From Bugula neritina (lineage: Eukaryota; Animalia; Bryozoa), in contig OZ037769.1 in NCBI GenBank assembly GCA_964035545.1, forward strand, positions 10,074,633-10,138,632: a DNA stretch of 64,000 nt, written 5' to 3'. A program made the position numbers and the translations under genes. The notes below the pieces were generated by a model. It worked only from the letters and a program-made list of their open reading frames with translations. It searched no databases and was not told the origin of the DNA. Numbering within the stretch: position 1 is the first letter of the stretch; each line of letters begins with the position of its first letter. This document shows, in pieces, positions 61,401 through 64,000 of the stretch.

Positions 61401-63698
61401 TGCCTTTTGAAAAGCCTGTGTTTTGTTGTTTGCTAGTTGCACATGCTGACACTAAGCTAAGGGTGGGAGAAGGAATGAAGGCAGAAAAGAAATTCTAGAG
61501 AAGGTCTGTGACTACCTGAAAAGTATTCCATACAGATCCTATGAATGTAAAGGCTGGTTTTAAATACACCGTCTGCATTCAGAAGGTAATCTTGTAATTC
61601 TTAGATGGTGGCAGATTGGAAAACATTCAAGAGATTTGCTATGGATTTTCTTGGACTAAGGGCTAATCGAGAACTTAAGCAAGATTGCAGTTTGTTCCTG
61701 GTAAGGAAATGCTGTTACTCCTGGCTTCATCCCCAGCCCAGCCTACTAGCTAGCAACCACAAGACAAGACAACTTGGTAATGAGTAGAGTCATCCATTAG
61801 ACACTGGCTGGCCATAATGAACAGGAACTCAAATCTTACAGAAAATCTCAATGTGAAATTATAAAAGGTTTCATCAAAGACTTTCAACTGGAATAGTTCA
61901 ATTCTACAGCGCTGCCTTTCAGTATTCAATTACCATTAATATAATATGAAGTCAGTTGGTGAGCAAGCCAAAGAACAGCAGCTAAGGTAGTTCTAGAGTT
62001 TAGCATGACCAGTGTGTTTTTATCATAAGGGCACTAGAGAACACAACAAGTCTACCATTAAACATAATTGTGGCCAGTATAATATACTCCTTCCAGTAAG
62101 CTAACGTGGCACTAATGGACTTTTAAAGAGAAATAAATGAAGCATTGCAACATTAATCTGTTAGACACTCTGTCCCACAACTTCAGCACTTGGAGGCTAA
62201 TATACATAAATCAAAGTGACAGATTTTATATAATGGAGATGATTTTAAAATAATCCAGATACTTAAATTAAGATTAGTCAACAACACAAATGGTAAGGTA
62301 AGCATACAGAATGGTGGCTGAAGTGATCACCACCAGCAGGACAATGGAAAACAAATAGGTGGGGAAACTGAGCATAATCTCCTGTTGACAGCTTTACAAC
62401 CCCACAGCAACTCTGAAACTCAATGCTATAGTCCAACACTAGATGGGTTCCTAAGTCTTACAGCACAACATATTAAAGAGACCCAGTGCAGACATACCAG
62501 ATGTGGAGCAGCCAGCGTCAGCCTCCATGCCCCATATTTGAGAGATGAAGGGGTTAGTGTCTGCAGTAGGATATGGCAACTGGTGGACAGTGCTAGGGTG
62601 TGCTTGTGATGGGCCAGGCAGCATTGTTATCTCAGTAGGCCACAAGTCAACATCTACAAAGGGAGTGAGACATAGTAAATGATTCACTTGTCATTGTGTG
62701 AGTCACTGCGAATCTTTTGTGGGCAGACACTGTACTATAATAGTCATATGACTCAAGTATATACACTCAACCACTGCATTTCCCCTCGTACACTGCACTT
62801 CAAGTAATATAGCTGGTAAACCAAGTATGATGAATTGGTGAAGGTGTATAGAATTCCTATTGGTGCAAGCACGATGCAATAGCTGAACAGTTAGAATAAG
62901 GAAGCAACTGAACCATCTAGAGAGGATTATTATAAAAGAGTAGTAGTAGACAGCTGGACAGAGAGGGGAGAGGTAACAATACCTGGTGGAATGTTGGGTT
63001 GGTCAGCTGTTTGCACAATCATGTCAGCACTATTGTAGTTGGCTTGCTGAGGTTGTATTAGAGGAATATTATTCTGCTGTACTTGTTTCATCTGACAGGA
63101 CATATCAGGTGCCTGCATGTCTCCCAGGAGATAGTCTAACTCAGCAAGCTCTACCAACTCCTTACTCAGGTCCGTCTCTTCACTGAATGTACACAGTGAC
63201 TGAGAGGATGCGGAAGGATCAGGAATTCGCTCCCCCGTCTCTTCATCAATAATGAATCTTTTTGTTTCCTGCAAATTAGCAGCAGAATAATGAATAAACC
63301 ACACTCATGCCAAGCACCATTGTCATTTAACTTTTACATACAAATTATAGAAAATGTTCACCAAATTACAAAAAACATGTATTTCTAAAACGAACACAGT
63401 GAAATAAAAACAGTGAAATCAGTAAATTTTTCTTGAGGACTTCCTGTTGTGAGGTCACTATTTTAAGAAGTAATTCTAGCAAATCCATGCAGATTCAGAA
63501 ATCTCTAAACAAGCCCACAGCAACGCTTACTTGTTGGGCATGTCTCTTTTTGAGTTCTTGAAGCTTATTTTGTTCAGCCTCTTGTTTCTTAACATGCTGT
63601 TCTCTAAGGACTGGATCGTAGAAGTATCTGTCCACTCCCATATCCACATCTTGATCCCAGAGCATGTCCACAAAGCTATCCATCTTGTTATCTGTTGA
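55415..63698 (-). CDS. NFE2L2: Nrf2/CncC-like Cap'n'collar bZIP transcription factor (NFE2L1/2 family; 5' end probably outside window)
   Basis: Exons 63698-63531 (MDSFVDMLWDQDVDMG, DLG-like), 63268-62983 (IDEETGE Keap1 motif), 62653-62498, 59836-59670 (NSDSGVS phosphodegron-like), 58187-58020, 56853-56662 (RDELR..L.IPF..ITNYPVEEFNSLL..DIRRRGKNK), 55858-55754 (VAAQNCRKKK + zipper), 55618-55415 (VFNSVRD..GRPYDP..YTL, Neh3-like). Probably co-orthologous to vertebrate NFE2L1/2/3. Confidence 0.92.
55852..56612. repeat. 31-bp minisatellite (CAGCAACCTGTAATATTCACAACACARGGTRT)n, ~24 copies
   Basis: Fills the intron that splits the bZIP basic region; the first unit overlaps the real acceptor. Confidence 0.96.
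57610..57890. repeat. 22-bp minisatellite (ACTGTGTGGTAGTATCATAGTT)n, ~12 copies
   Basis: Directly visible. Confidence 0.93.
58325..58446. repeat. GAATCTAGCA(GAGT)n compound repeat
   Basis: About 6 variable-length units. Confidence 0.8.
59280..59576. mobile_element. hAT-type MITE in a CNC gene intron
   Basis: TIRs CAGGGCTGTCCAAC...GTTGGACACCCCTG with subterminal GGCCC motifs. The 8-bp flanks CTCTGCAG / TGCTGGAG match only partly (decayed TSD). Confidence 0.8.
60650..61155. repeat. 39-bp minisatellite (CCACTGCTTCACTAGTACACTGCTGTTTATTGGTGACTA)n, ~13 copies
   Basis: Directly visible. The unit length is a multiple of 3, which explains the repetitive ORFs on both strands. Confidence 0.96.
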
Positions 63699-64000
63699 CT
63701 ATGTAAATACAAAAACCAGGATACTGGGGGTTCACTTTGTAGTAGGCTAAGCTATGTGTTTTATAAATACGGAACTAAAAAACTATCATTTTATAATACA
63801 AGAAAACCTGAAATGGGACATAAGGCAAATGTTCATGCTTAAAAACATGTAAAAATATTATAAAAAAGACTGTGTAAGTAAATAACAATGCTAATACAAT
63901 ATAAACATAAAGCTTAAAAATCATTATGTTATTAAACGAACATCGAAAATTGAAGCTTGGAAAACCTAGATTGAAATAAGTACAAAATTGCAAAAAGACA

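Overview
Eukaryotic, AT-rich, intron-rich genomic DNA from an invertebrate animal (probably a lophotrochozoan; inferred, not verified). Six spliced protein-coding genes were rebuilt by hand from GT-AG junctions with consistent reading phase: Derlin-2 (+, 5' end outside the window, one U12-type intron), an uncharacterised ~410-aa Pro/Ser-rich protein with an RFX X-box-like promoter site (-), gamma-glutamyl hydrolase (-), mitochondrial cysteine desulfurase NFS1 (+), RIF1 (-, ~28 exons) and an Nrf2/CncC-type CNC-bZIP factor (-). Between and within them lie a decayed R4/Dong-like non-LTR retrotransposon with a tRNA-like head, several MITEs/non-autonomous DNA transposons, a SINE remnant and many mini/microsatellites. 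The least-explained signals are: (i) tandem duplications and minisatellites repeatedly anchored on splice junctions or a stop codon; (ii) an intronic array repeating the U1 snRNA 5'-end sequence; (iii) a shared AGTAY core in otherwise unrelated minisatellites; (iv) dispersed islands of degenerate 6-bp periodicity. No prokaryotic systems, CRISPR arrays, rRNA or intact tRNA genes are seen. Most short ORFs in the supplied track are exon fragments or repeat artefacts. Exon coordinates were counted by eye and may be off by a few nt.
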